Source: a virus
Lineage: Duplodnaviria > Caudoviricetes
DNA length: 32,189 bases
Virus record (IMG/VR): IMGVR_UViG_3300033148_003224
Span: 1-32,189 of that record
Reading direction: 5' to 3' (one strand)
The position numbers and the translations under genes are program-made. Below are positions 16,492 through 25,843 of the stretch, one piece after another. Under the pieces are notes generated by a model. It was not told the DNA's origin. It searched no databases and was given only the letters and a program-made list of their open reading frames with translations. Position 1 is the first letter of the stretch. Each line of letters starts with the position of its first letter.

Positions 16492-19038
16492 ATGCCTACA
16501 TCAAAGGTTCAGCAGAATTTTACAAAGGGAGCAATAAATCCTAAATTATTAGCACGTAGTGATGCAGAGTTATATTACTCTGGCGCACGTGACATGAAGA
16601 ATGTTATTAGTATTCCTTATGGGGGCTTTTCTCGTCGTCTTGGTACTAAGTATATTGAAACACTTCCAGCTCAATCACAGTTTGTAGATAACCCAACAAT
16701 CCAAGGATTGAATGGTGGAACTTTATCTTATTTGAATGACCTTGACCAAGACACAGTGTGGGTAAGTAATTTACTCAGCACGTGGGGTGGAAACAATGAA
16801 GCATTTAATTATGACTTCGGCCCCGGAAATATAGAATCAAGAAAGATATCAATCAGAGGATTATCAATTAACTCAGAAGATGGGTTATTAGAAGCAACTG
16901 TTGCAGGCGGTATTATTACTGATGTAACAATTGTCAATGGTGGACAAGGTTATGATACTGGAACACCTCCTATCGTTACTATCACAGATTCAACTGGAAT
17001 AAATGCTGTTATCACAACAACTGTTACAAGTGGGGTTATTACAGGATTTACCATTACAAATGGTGGGTCTGGTTATTCAGATGATGTACAACTCAGTGTG
17101 CCTGTAACAGAATCATCAATGGAAGTTATCATAATAGGAACACCTGATGGTGGAAGCCCTGTTCAGATAGGACCTGATATTACAGTCACACGTGAAGACG
17201 GCTTTGTTAATATAAACACAATGACTGATTTTGAAGATATACGTATGCTTAAGAAAGTAGCACATGTCGGAGAGTACAGTTTACTATGTAAAGAATTTAA
17301 TGTATTTGAAGAAATAGCAGGCCTTTCAAATGTGGAAGCTATTCCTTTTGTACAAGTAACTGATAACGCTTACATAGTGATTTTAAGCAATGAAAACATT
17401 GATATATACAAAGATGATGCTTTGATATTCTCTATTGCTGCGCCCGGTTTATTATCTAGTTATATACCAGATGTAAAAACGTCACAGTTTGCAGATACAG
17501 CTATTTTTGTACAAGAAAATATGAAACCTAAGAAATTATTTAGAATATCTGATACTAGTTGGACGTTTGAAGACATCGAATTTGACGGAATTCCTTTCTA
17601 TAACTTTAATACAGTTGAACAGAAAGATACACCTAATGGCACGATCACGCCTAGCGCGTTGGAGGGGACTATTGATCTTACACTTAGTGTCGGGTTTTCT
17701 GGCGATCCCGTTGGTCAGTATGTCGAAGGAAATGGAGGTCGTGCCAAGATCTTAGAGAAGACAAGTAATACAAAGTTTGTAGCAAGTGTTGTTATTCCTT
17801 TTTACAGTACAGCGGCCATAACTCAGAATGATTGGACTATTACTAATTCATATGAACCTGTATGGAGTGAAGAACGTGGTTACCCAAGGTCAGTTGCATT
17901 CTATCAAAATAGATTGTGGTTTGGTGGAACGAAGAGCCGTCGATTAGGTTTCTTAGGATCAAAGATTGGTTTGTATTATAATTTCTTACCAAGCACTGGT
18001 TATAACAATGATGCTATTGATGTTGATCTTTCAAGTTCACGTTTAGATACAATTATTAACATATTCCCACAACGTACGCTTCAGATCTTTGCGTCTGGTG
18101 CAGAATACGCTGTTGAACAAGATATCAATGAGCCTATCACACCAACAAACATCTCTATCCGTAGATCTACACAGAATGGATCTTGGAATGATACTGAGCC
18201 AGTAGATGTAGATGGGGTTGTTTTATTTATTGAAAAGACTGGACGTAATGTTATTAACTTTGTTTACGATGATATTCAACGTGCATACACAACAACAAAT
18301 GAAAGTTTATTAAATTCTCACTTAATTGAGGATCCTGTAGATATGTCAATGGATTTAAATAATAAATTCCAACAGGCAAGTTATTTATATATTGCTAAAG
18401 ATGATGGTGACATGACTGTTGCTTGTATTTTGCTATCTGAAAATGTTACCGGATACACTCTATGGGAAACAAAGGGTGATTTTAAATCAATCTGTGTTCT
18501 TCCTGATAGCGTTTACTTTATCGTAGAGCGTAATGGATCTTTATTGTTAGAGAAGCAGGTTGAAACAACATTAGATAGTATGAAAGAAGTGACGAGTGGT
18601 TTTTCAACAACCGTTACAGGATTGGGTCATTTAGAAGGTGATACCGTCAGTGCTATTATTGATGGCGATTACAATAATGATTATGTTGTGTCAGGTGGAG
18701 AAATCACACTAGATACATTGCCAACAACTTCTTTAGAGGTTGGTTTAGACTATGAGGTTAGAGTTGAAGGAAACCCTATTGAGCTTCCACAAGCTGGACC
18801 TATGATTTCTAAACGAAAAAGAATTGCTGAGTTAACTCTCAGATTATATGAAACAGAAAATGTCGTCGTTAATGGCGAGGAACGCATTCTTGACAAGGGT
18901 CCTACTGAAGATTATACTTTTAAAGGACTTGGGTATTGGACGGAAAGAGACAGTTTTGTTATAACACAGAACAAACCTCTTCCATTAACTGTACTTGGAG
19001 TTGAGATGGAAATAAGTTACGAGGTGTCTAATGGCTGA
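16492..19038 (+). CDS. tail tubular protein B / nozzle (T7 gp12, P22 gp10-like) with inserted domain
   Basis: NFTKGAINP...RRLGT start; GYPRSVAFYQNRLWFGG; GLGHLEGDTV; QNKPLPLTVLG end. Confidence 0.88.
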   Translation: MPTSKVQQNFTKGAINPKLLARSDAELYYSGARDMKNVISIPYGGFSRRLGTKYIETLPAQSQFVDNPTIQGLNGGTLSYLNDLDQDTVWVSNLLSTWGGNNEAFNYDFGPGNIESRKISIRGLSINSEDGLLEATVAGGIITDVTIVNGGQGYDTGTPPIVTITDSTGINAVITTTVTSGVITGFTITNGGSGYSDDVQLSVPVTESSMEVIIIGTPDGGSPVQIGPDITVTREDGFVNINTMTDFEDIRMLKKVAHVGEYSLLCKEFNVFEEIAGLSNVEAIPFVQVTDNAYIVILSNENIDIYKDDALIFSIAAPGLLSSYIPDVKTSQFADTAIFVQENMKPKKLFRISDTSWTFEDIEFDGIPFYNFNTVEQKDTPNGTITPSALEGTIDLTLSVGFSGDPVGQYVEGNGGRAKILEKTSNTKFVASVVIPFYSTAAITQNDWTITNSYEPVWSEERGYPRSVAFYQNRLWFGGTKSRRLGFLGSKIGLYYNFLPSTGYNNDAIDVDLSSSRLDTIINIFPQRTLQIFASGAEYAVEQDINEPITPTNISIRRSTQNGSWNDTEPVDVDGVVLFIEKTGRNVINFVYDDIQRAYTTTNESLLNSHLIEDPVDMSMDLNNKFQQASYLYIAKDDGDMTVACILLSENVTGYTLWETKGDFKSICVLPDSVYFIVERNGSLLLEKQVETTLDSMKEVTSGFSTTVTGLGHLEGDTVSAIIDGDYNNDYVVSGGEITLDTLPTTSLEVGLDYEVRVEGNPIELPQAGPMISKRKRIAELTLRLYETENVVVNGEERILDKGPTEDYTFKGLGYWTERDSFVITQNKPLPLTVLGVEMEISYEVSNG

Positions 19039-19534
19039 TTTTAATTTACTAGCAAAATTATTGGGAACTGAAACTGGAACAGGTGAATTCGCTGCGGCAG
19101 AAAGTTCCGCATCAATGAGTAAGGGTATTTCAGCAACGGCAAAGATCAATAAGTTATTTGAAGATATTATTACTTTTAATGATTTAAGGTTTAAAAGAAA
19201 AGTAGCTGGACTACAGGTTAAATCAATTCAACAAACTGCACAAGAAGAAGTTGGATTACTTCGCGATAAGTTATTGGCAGATATTTCAAACTCAACTGCT
19301 GCATTTAGTGCACGTGGTATATCAACAAGCGGTGGAACACCTCAAGCATTGATAGAGGAATCTGCTCGTGCGCTTGGTGAAGATGCTAAAGTTATTAGAC
19401 GTGAGCGTAAACAACAAGCTATTACAAAGATGTTCGAAGGTAAACTTGCAAAGGTAGCTGAAAGAGCTCAATTAACAAAGATAGGAACTGATGTTGTGAC
19501 TACAGGTATTAAAGCATTTGCAGGGGGAATATAA
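19031..19534 (+). CDS. internal virion/ejection protein (gp14-like)
   Basis: A/G-rich helical protein; AAFSARGISTSGGTP motif; synteny. Confidence 0.7.
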   Translation: MADFNLLAKLLGTETGTGEFAAAESSASMSKGISATAKINKLFEDIITFNDLRFKRKVAGLQVKSIQQTAQEEVGLLRDKLLADISNSTAAFSARGISTSGGTPQALIEESARALGEDAKVIRRERKQQAITKMFEGKLAKVAERAQLTKIGTDVVTTGIKAFAGGI

Positions 19535-21057
19535 TGGTAGAAAGAAGAAGATTAACTGGATCACCAATTGCTAAACCGCAAGATACAGGTGATATCAATA
19601 GAATTGTTAGTGGAATTCGTAAAGAAAACGAAATCAAGGCTAAGCAATATGAAACACAAGCTATGGAGACTACCGATACTGTATTTAAGACTAAAACTCG
19701 TCAAGGGATGTCTAAAATTCAACAGAAAAATCCAGCAAATCCTTCAGGATTTAACAAAGAAATAAATGAATTACGCACAACCTTAATGTCATCCATCAAA
19801 GATGAGACAGTTAGAAAGAAAGCAAATACTTTATTTGAGATTGAAGCTGCAACACTTGGTGATAAAGTTCAAAAGAATTGGCAGAGTGTACAGGATACTC
19901 AAGCTGAAACATCTACATTACAATCTAATGATGAAATGTATGGACTAATGACGGATATTCAGGCAAACCAGACCAAAGATATGGAGAGCCAAACTAATAC
20001 TGTACTTGCAACTTCTAATTATATTAAAGAAGTACATGAAAACTCTCAACGTAAGAAGGGAGATGGTACATTTATGTTTTCTGCTTCACAGCAAAACAAG
20101 ATGAATGAAGATGCTCGTATGACTTTCTCAGATGGATACAGAAAAAGATTTGATAACCAAGAGATATCTGGAATGGAAGAAATGCTTAACGAATATAGAA
20201 CTGGTGAGGCAAAGGCTGGGATTATTCGTGATAATACAGTTAAATATGACAGTTATGATCAAGTTGTTGGTCGTTCACGATATGAAAGTGACATCAACTA
20301 TATGGAAAGTGTTATTAAGGATACTAAGAAGAACGGAAAGAAAGGTAAGGTCAATGCTGCAAAGCTTGCTATTCTACAAGTGCAAGCACAGGATCAATTG
20401 AAAGGAATGACACTTCAAATGGAAGAAAAAGACGGTACGTTCAGTGAAACAACACTAGAGGATGAATTAGAATACCGTAACTTTATTAACAGTCGTGTTG
20501 CCGCTGGAGTGCTTACAGCTGGACAAGGTGCAAAACCAATGCTTGAAAGAAATGAAACATTTAATAAACGTGTAGAAGACGATGCATTTGGCGAAGCTGA
20601 ATTTGAAACAAGGTTTATGGGTTTATGGACAACAGATATTCCAAAGAATAACTTTACAAAAGGTATTACGTTATTAAAGAATGATCTCGAAGCACGTGGC
20701 CAAGGTGAGAACTCTCAAGAAAAAGCAGATATGTATTCTGCATATTATAATGAAATGAAACGTTTACAGAAAACACCTGAAACGATGACAGAAGAGGATT
20801 CAAAGACTATCGTTGATAATGTGTTTAGAAAACGTGCTGAATGGAAAAACCCTGAATTGATGGTATTTGAAGAAGGTACTATTAACCGTGATGTCTCTGG
20901 ACCAGAGATGATTGATGTTAGATTGTCACCACCTGTTAAACCTGCTACTAAAAAAGCTGGAATGGGTGCATATCAATTGGAACAAGATGCTAATGGAAAC
21001 AAAGCATGGGTACAAAGAAATAAGAATGGAAAAATTATAGACGTTAAGGAGAAATAA
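19534..21057 (+). CDS. internal virion/ejection protein (gp15-like position)
   Basis: Helical, translationally coupled; synteny. Confidence 0.65.
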   Translation: MVERRRLTGSPIAKPQDTGDINRIVSGIRKENEIKAKQYETQAMETTDTVFKTKTRQGMSKIQQKNPANPSGFNKEINELRTTLMSSIKDETVRKKANTLFEIEAATLGDKVQKNWQSVQDTQAETSTLQSNDEMYGLMTDIQANQTKDMESQTNTVLATSNYIKEVHENSQRKKGDGTFMFSASQQNKMNEDARMTFSDGYRKRFDNQEISGMEEMLNEYRTGEAKAGIIRDNTVKYDSYDQVVGRSRYESDINYMESVIKDTKKNGKKGKVNAAKLAILQVQAQDQLKGMTLQMEEKDGTFSETTLEDELEYRNFINSRVAAGVLTAGQGAKPMLERNETFNKRVEDDAFGEAEFETRFMGLWTTDIPKNNFTKGITLLKNDLEARGQGENSQEKADMYSAYYNEMKRLQKTPETMTEEDSKTIVDNVFRKRAEWKNPELMVFEEGTINRDVSGPEMIDVRLSPPVKPATKKAGMGAYQLEQDANGNKAWVQRNKNGKIIDVKEK

Positions 21058-24000
21058 TGTTTGATAAAGAGACTGCTCAGCCAGTTACACCTTTTGATCC
21101 TAATACTTCAAAACCTGTAGAAAGTATGCAGGTTAACGTTAATGGAAAAAGCAAGCAAGTATTTGCTACTCCTGTTATGTTTGATCAAGATCAGACAGAA
21201 TTTTCAGAACAGACACAAGTTAACAAGATGCCGTATTCTGATTTTTACGGTATGAATAAATTAGATACATCCCCATCAGATCCTACATGGCTAAATCAGA
21301 TAGCACGTGGGTTAGTCGGATCGATTGCAAGTAAGCCAGGTGAATTCGCTAAGGCTAAGATAGGACGTGTCGAACCTGTTCAATTTCAATCTCAACAAGC
21401 ATTTGCCATTATTGATAATTTGAAATCACAGGGTAAAATTGATGACGATAAGTTTAATGAATATAAAGCAATGGAAGAATACTCTAAAAAGTTTAATGAA
21501 GAAACTCTTTCGACGCAACGTCAATTAGTTATTGATAATAGAAAATTCGTAGATGATGCTGGATTAAGCAAAGAAGAACAAGATGGTTTCTTATTTGATA
21601 TCGGGGCAGGATTTGGATCCGCAGCTACAGCAGTTGCCGTATCTTATATTACAAAGAACCCCGCAGCCGCTGCAGCAATGTTTGGTGAAATTGCACGTGG
21701 ATCCGCATATGAAGAAGCAATAGCAAATGGAAAATCTCCAGCAGAAGCACGAGACGTATCCGCATTGGCTGGCGGGGCCGAAGGTGCATTAGAATTTGTT
21801 GGTCTTCACTTATGGATGGAAAGTGTAAAAGCTTCAAAACCATTAGCGAAAATTGCATTACGTGCAACTACAGAAGCTGTACAGGAAGCATCGCAAGAAG
21901 CTGCAGGCGAACTTATTATGCAGGGACTTGGTGGACGTGATAAGACAATAAGCGGTACAGTACGTGATATTGCATATGCCGGTGTAATTGGATTTGCTGT
22001 TGGTGCGCCATTAGCTGGTATCCAAGCTGTGGCAGAAAAGAAAGCTATTAAAGCTGGTATTGATCCTGAAATCGCAAAAGCTATTGCAGAAAAATCATAC
22101 AATGCTGAGAATATAAATGAAATAGTTAATAAGCCATTAGAGAATCAAACAAGTCTTTTAACACTTGAAGGACAAGATTATGAAAAGGCTGTAGGTAATT
22201 TCCGTGAAATGATTAAGAAGTTCCCGGAAGATATGCGTAAACAGTTTGAACAATCACTTGATGCAACAGAATCTGATTTTGAAATAATCAAAGGTGAATT
22301 AAGAACTCAACTTGAAAAGACTGGCCGTGATCCTGAAGAGGCAGAAGCTATCACATCTTTGTATGAAAACTTTACAACACGATTTGCTGAGAAATTAGGA
22401 TTGAACCGTGGTCAAGTTGCTTCATTGCGTAGACTTCAAGTGCAAAGAGAGGGTGATGGTGAGCTTACTCAAGAACAAAAAGATTTCTTTAAGAGTGATG
22501 AATTTTTACAAGCTCAACCTGAATTTACAAAAGGACAGGAATATAGTCAAGAAGGAATAATTAAAACTGAAACACCTGCGTTTAAACAATGGTTTGGAGA
22601 AAGCAAGGCAATCAATGAACAAGATAAACCTTTAGTTATGTACCACGGAACACCTTCTGGTTTATTTGAAGAATTTGACAAATCAAAAGCAAGTAAAGAA
22701 AGTGATTTAGGTGCAGGATTATATTTCACAACTTCTGAACAAGATGCTTCTTTTAATTATGAAGGTGGTGGACCTGATTTTGAACTTAAAATTTCTAGAC
22801 GAGCAGAGCAAATAGAGCAAGAAGAGGATATTGCTTTTGAAGAAGCTGAAATTAAAGCAAGAAAAGAATTATTTAAATCTTCTTCTAAGCTAGATGTTTT
22901 TATTTCAATTAAAAATCCAGCAATCGTTGGTGGAAAAAATCAAACTTGGTTATTTGTAGACAAGGATACATTATCAGAAAAAGATTTTGAGAGTGAAGAA
23001 GAATTTGAAGAAGCTCAAAATGAGGCGCAAGAAGGAAAGTATCTTGATGTTCAACAAGATTTTATTCAAGCTATACGTAATTCTGAGGCTGAAATTGATA
23101 TTGATGTTATTATGTCTGCTGTTTTTGAGAATGGATTTGAAGAAATGACAGTCGAAGAACTTCATAAAAAGTTTTCAGAAAATGAAGATTTATCTCTTAT
23201 AGATGATAATGAAGGGAATCTTGTTGGAAAAGAAGTGTTTAGATCATTTTTAGAAGAGCAGGGTTATGATGGTATTATTGACAATACAGTTCAAGAAAAA
23301 TTTCCTAATATGGAGATTGAACCAGGAACTGCTCATTACGTTGTGTTTGAACCAACTCAAATTAAATCAGTTGATAATCGTGGATCATTTGATCCACAAA
23401 ATCCCAACATCTTCAAACAAGGTGATAGAGGAACATTTAACCGTCTTACAAATGTAATTAAAGTTATGGAGACAGCAGACCGTTCTACTGTGGCACACGA
23501 ACTAGGTCATTACTTTTTAACAATGTATGAAGATTTTGCACCACAGGAACTCACAACTGTTATGGACTGGGCTGGATATAAAGGTAAATCTATAGACGAT
23601 TTATCTGCAAAACAAGAAGTTGATTTACAAGAAAAGTTTGCACGTGGATTTGAAGCGTTCTTAAAAGAAGGCAAAACAACAAACCCACAACTTACATCTG
23701 TTTTTGAAAAATTCCGTGAATGGCTTGATGCTGTATATAAAGATATTAAAGAACTTCGTATTAAATTGAGTGATGATGCGCGCGCGTTTTTCGACGACAT
23801 GTTAACGCCTACTGGACAAGTAGAGGCTACACAGCAATCTATTGATGCGGCTACTGAACAATTAAGACAAGAAGGCTTCTCTCAATCTGAAATAGACCAG
23901 TTAATTAAAACAGGTGCACAACAGATCGTCACAGGTACAAATGAAGTAACTCCTGAAGAAATTCAAACAGCTATTGATCTTGAAAAAGAAAAAGTAGGAC

Positions 24001-25841
24001 CAAAAGAATTATTAGCACGTGATGGTATGAAGATCAGGGGATCTGATAATTGGGTTAAGCGTACATTTATGCCTATCTCTACTAGACTAAAACGTATCTC
24101 ACCTGAGTTAATGCATCAAATGCGTAAGTTTGAGTTTAATGTTGGGCTGCGTAAAAACAAAGAGATGGTGAAAGCGGAACCTTTTATTAAAAAGTATACA
24201 AAACTTTCAGAAAATGATGCTATTGCATTAGATCTTGCATTAAAGAATGGAGATATTGATCTACGAGACAGTCTCTTAAAAAAGAATAACATGGTCACTG
24301 AATTTGAAGCTGTAGATAAATTATTCAGTGAGGGTCGTCAACGTGCAGCAGAAGTTGGAATTGAATTCGGTGAAGTAGAAAACTGGTTCCCAAGATCTGT
24401 TGAGGACCCAGAAGGATTGATTTCTTTTATGAAGGGAACAACACAATGGACTAGATTAGAACGCTCTTTAAAAGAAGCTGATCCAGAAGGATTGATGACA
24501 CCTGAAGAACAGATTGATTTCCTTAATAATACAATGAGTAAATTTGATGCACGTGAAGCACAGAAAGAAGCTCGTGCAAAGGCGGATTTCCGTCAACGTC
24601 GTACTGTTGCAAAAGTAACACCTGAGATGAATAGATTTTATCGTGATAGTGTTCAGGCTATGCTTGGGTATATCGGATCACTAAATCAAATGGTAGAAGC
24701 TAAACGTTTCTGGGGATTAGATACACAGAACTTTGATGAAAGTATTGGATCAATGGCCAAGGATATGATTGATAATGGTCAACTTGACTTCATGGATGAA
24801 AAAGAATTAAAAGCAATTATCCGCGCACGTTTCAATCAAAAAGGAACCTCTGGGTGGGTTAACACTACTAAGAATATTGGGTATATTACAGTTATGGGAA
24901 ATCCTATATCTGCAATCACACAGATTGGTGATCTAGCATTTTCTATGTATAAGAGTGGTGTTTTTAACACAATGAAAAGTCTTGTATCACGGAAAGAAAT
25001 TACTCGTGAAGATTTAGGTATTGAAGATATTGCACAAGAATTTGAAGATACAACCAAGACATCTGCTGCAGTCAAGAAAGTATTTAAAGCTGTTGGTTTA
25101 GATTTCATGGACACAATTGGTAAGAATACAACTATCAATGCTAAGCTTGCTGATATGAGACAGCGTGCCAATAAAGGTGATAAACAATTACTAGATACAC
25201 TTGATGTTGTTTTTGATGAAGATGCAGGACAGGTTCTAGAAGACTTAAAAAACCGTGTTAATTCAGATAATGTTAAATATATGCTTTTTAGTGAGCTATC
25301 TGATGTTCAGCCAATATCACGTGCTGAAATGCCTGAGTTCTATCTTACTGGTGGAAACTGGCGTATATTCTATATGTTAAAAACATACACTGTGAAGCAA
25401 TTAGATATCTATTACAATGATATTATCAGAGAGATGCCTAAAAATCCAACAAAAGCAATCGGTAACTTAGTTCGTTTAAGTGCTGCTTTAATGGCAATGG
25501 GAATGACATCAGATTTATTAAAGGACTTTATACTTGGTCGAGATATAGAACCAGAAGACATGGTTGTTGATAATATGTTGAAGCTAATGGCGTTATCAAA
25601 ATATCAGATTTATAATGCAAAAAGAAATGGAATTGAAGAAGCTGTTATAAAAACATTTATTCCACCAATTGCTCCATTAGTTATAGCTGATGATATTCGC
25701 AAAGATGCTTTTAAAAAGAAAAAGCCAAATGCAAAAGATCTTCGTATATGGAACCGTGTACCAGTTGGTGGTAAACTATACTATTGGTGGTTTGGCGGTG
25801 GAATAGAGGCAAAAAAGAAACAACGTAAAAGAAAGGATTAG
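21057..25841 (+). CDS. large ejection protein / polyvalent protein with ART-PolyVal-like and zincin-like (HExxH) domains
   Basis: A/G-rich hydrophobic segments; FKQWFG...PLVMYHGT...GLYFT...GYDGII...VFEPTQIKS; AHELGH...QEKFARGFE. Confidence 0.8.
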   Translation: MFDKETAQPVTPFDPNTSKPVESMQVNVNGKSKQVFATPVMFDQDQTEFSEQTQVNKMPYSDFYGMNKLDTSPSDPTWLNQIARGLVGSIASKPGEFAKAKIGRVEPVQFQSQQAFAIIDNLKSQGKIDDDKFNEYKAMEEYSKKFNEETLSTQRQLVIDNRKFVDDAGLSKEEQDGFLFDIGAGFGSAATAVAVSYITKNPAAAAAMFGEIARGSAYEEAIANGKSPAEARDVSALAGGAEGALEFVGLHLWMESVKASKPLAKIALRATTEAVQEASQEAAGELIMQGLGGRDKTISGTVRDIAYAGVIGFAVGAPLAGIQAVAEKKAIKAGIDPEIAKAIAEKSYNAENINEIVNKPLENQTSLLTLEGQDYEKAVGNFREMIKKFPEDMRKQFEQSLDATESDFEIIKGELRTQLEKTGRDPEEAEAITSLYENFTTRFAEKLGLNRGQVASLRRLQVQREGDGELTQEQKDFFKSDEFLQAQPEFTKGQEYSQEGIIKTETPAFKQWFGESKAINEQDKPLVMYHGTPSGLFEEFDKSKASKESDLGAGLYFTTSEQDASFNYEGGGPDFELKISRRAEQIEQEEDIAFEEAEIKARKELFKSSSKLDVFISIKNPAIVGGKNQTWLFVDKDTLSEKDFESEEEFEEAQNEAQEGKYLDVQQDFIQAIRNSEAEIDIDVIMSAVFENGFEEMTVEELHKKFSENEDLSLIDDNEGNLVGKEVFRSFLEEQGYDGIIDNTVQEKFPNMEIEPGTAHYVVFEPTQIKSVDNRGSFDPQNPNIFKQGDRGTFNRLTNVIKVMETADRSTVAHELGHYFLTMYEDFAPQELTTVMDWAGYKGKSIDDLSAKQEVDLQEKFARGFEAFLKEGKTTNPQLTSVFEKFREWLDAVYKDIKELRIKLSDDARAFFDDMLTPTGQVEATQQSIDAATEQLRQEGFSQSEIDQLIKTGAQQIVTGTNEVTPEEIQTAIDLEKEKVGPKELLARDGMKIRGSDNWVKRTFMPISTRLKRISPELMHQMRKFEFNVGLRKNKEMVKAEPFIKKYTKLSENDAIALDLALKNGDIDLRDSLLKKNNMVTEFEAVDKLFSEGRQRAAEVGIEFGEVENWFPRSVEDPEGLISFMKGTTQWTRLERSLKEADPEGLMTPEEQIDFLNNTMSKFDAREAQKEARAKADFRQRRTVAKVTPEMNRFYRDSVQAMLGYIGSLNQMVEAKRFWGLDTQNFDESIGSMAKDMIDNGQLDFMDEKELKAIIRARFNQKGTSGWVNTTKNIGYITVMGNPISAITQIGDLAFSMYKSGVFNTMKSLVSRKEITREDLGIEDIAQEFEDTTKTSAAVKKVFKAVGLDFMDTIGKNTTINAKLADMRQRANKGDKQLLDTLDVVFDEDAGQVLEDLKNRVNSDNVKYMLFSELSDVQPISRAEMPEFYLTGGNWRIFYMLKTYTVKQLDIYYNDIIREMPKNPTKAIGNLVRLSAALMAMGMTSDLLKDFILGRDIEPEDMVVDNMLKLMALSKYQIYNAKRNGIEEAVIKTFIPPIAPLVIADDIRKDAFKKKKPNAKDLRIWNRVPVGGKLYYWWFGGGIEAKKKQRKRKD

Positions 25842-25843
25842 AT

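Noticed and set aside
6488-25171. Antisense and alternate-frame ORFs in the track (e.g. 7395, 9228, 12640, 17567, 20132, 21806, 23510, 24836)
   Set aside because: Shadow ORFs overlapping well-supported genes, with no recognisable motifs
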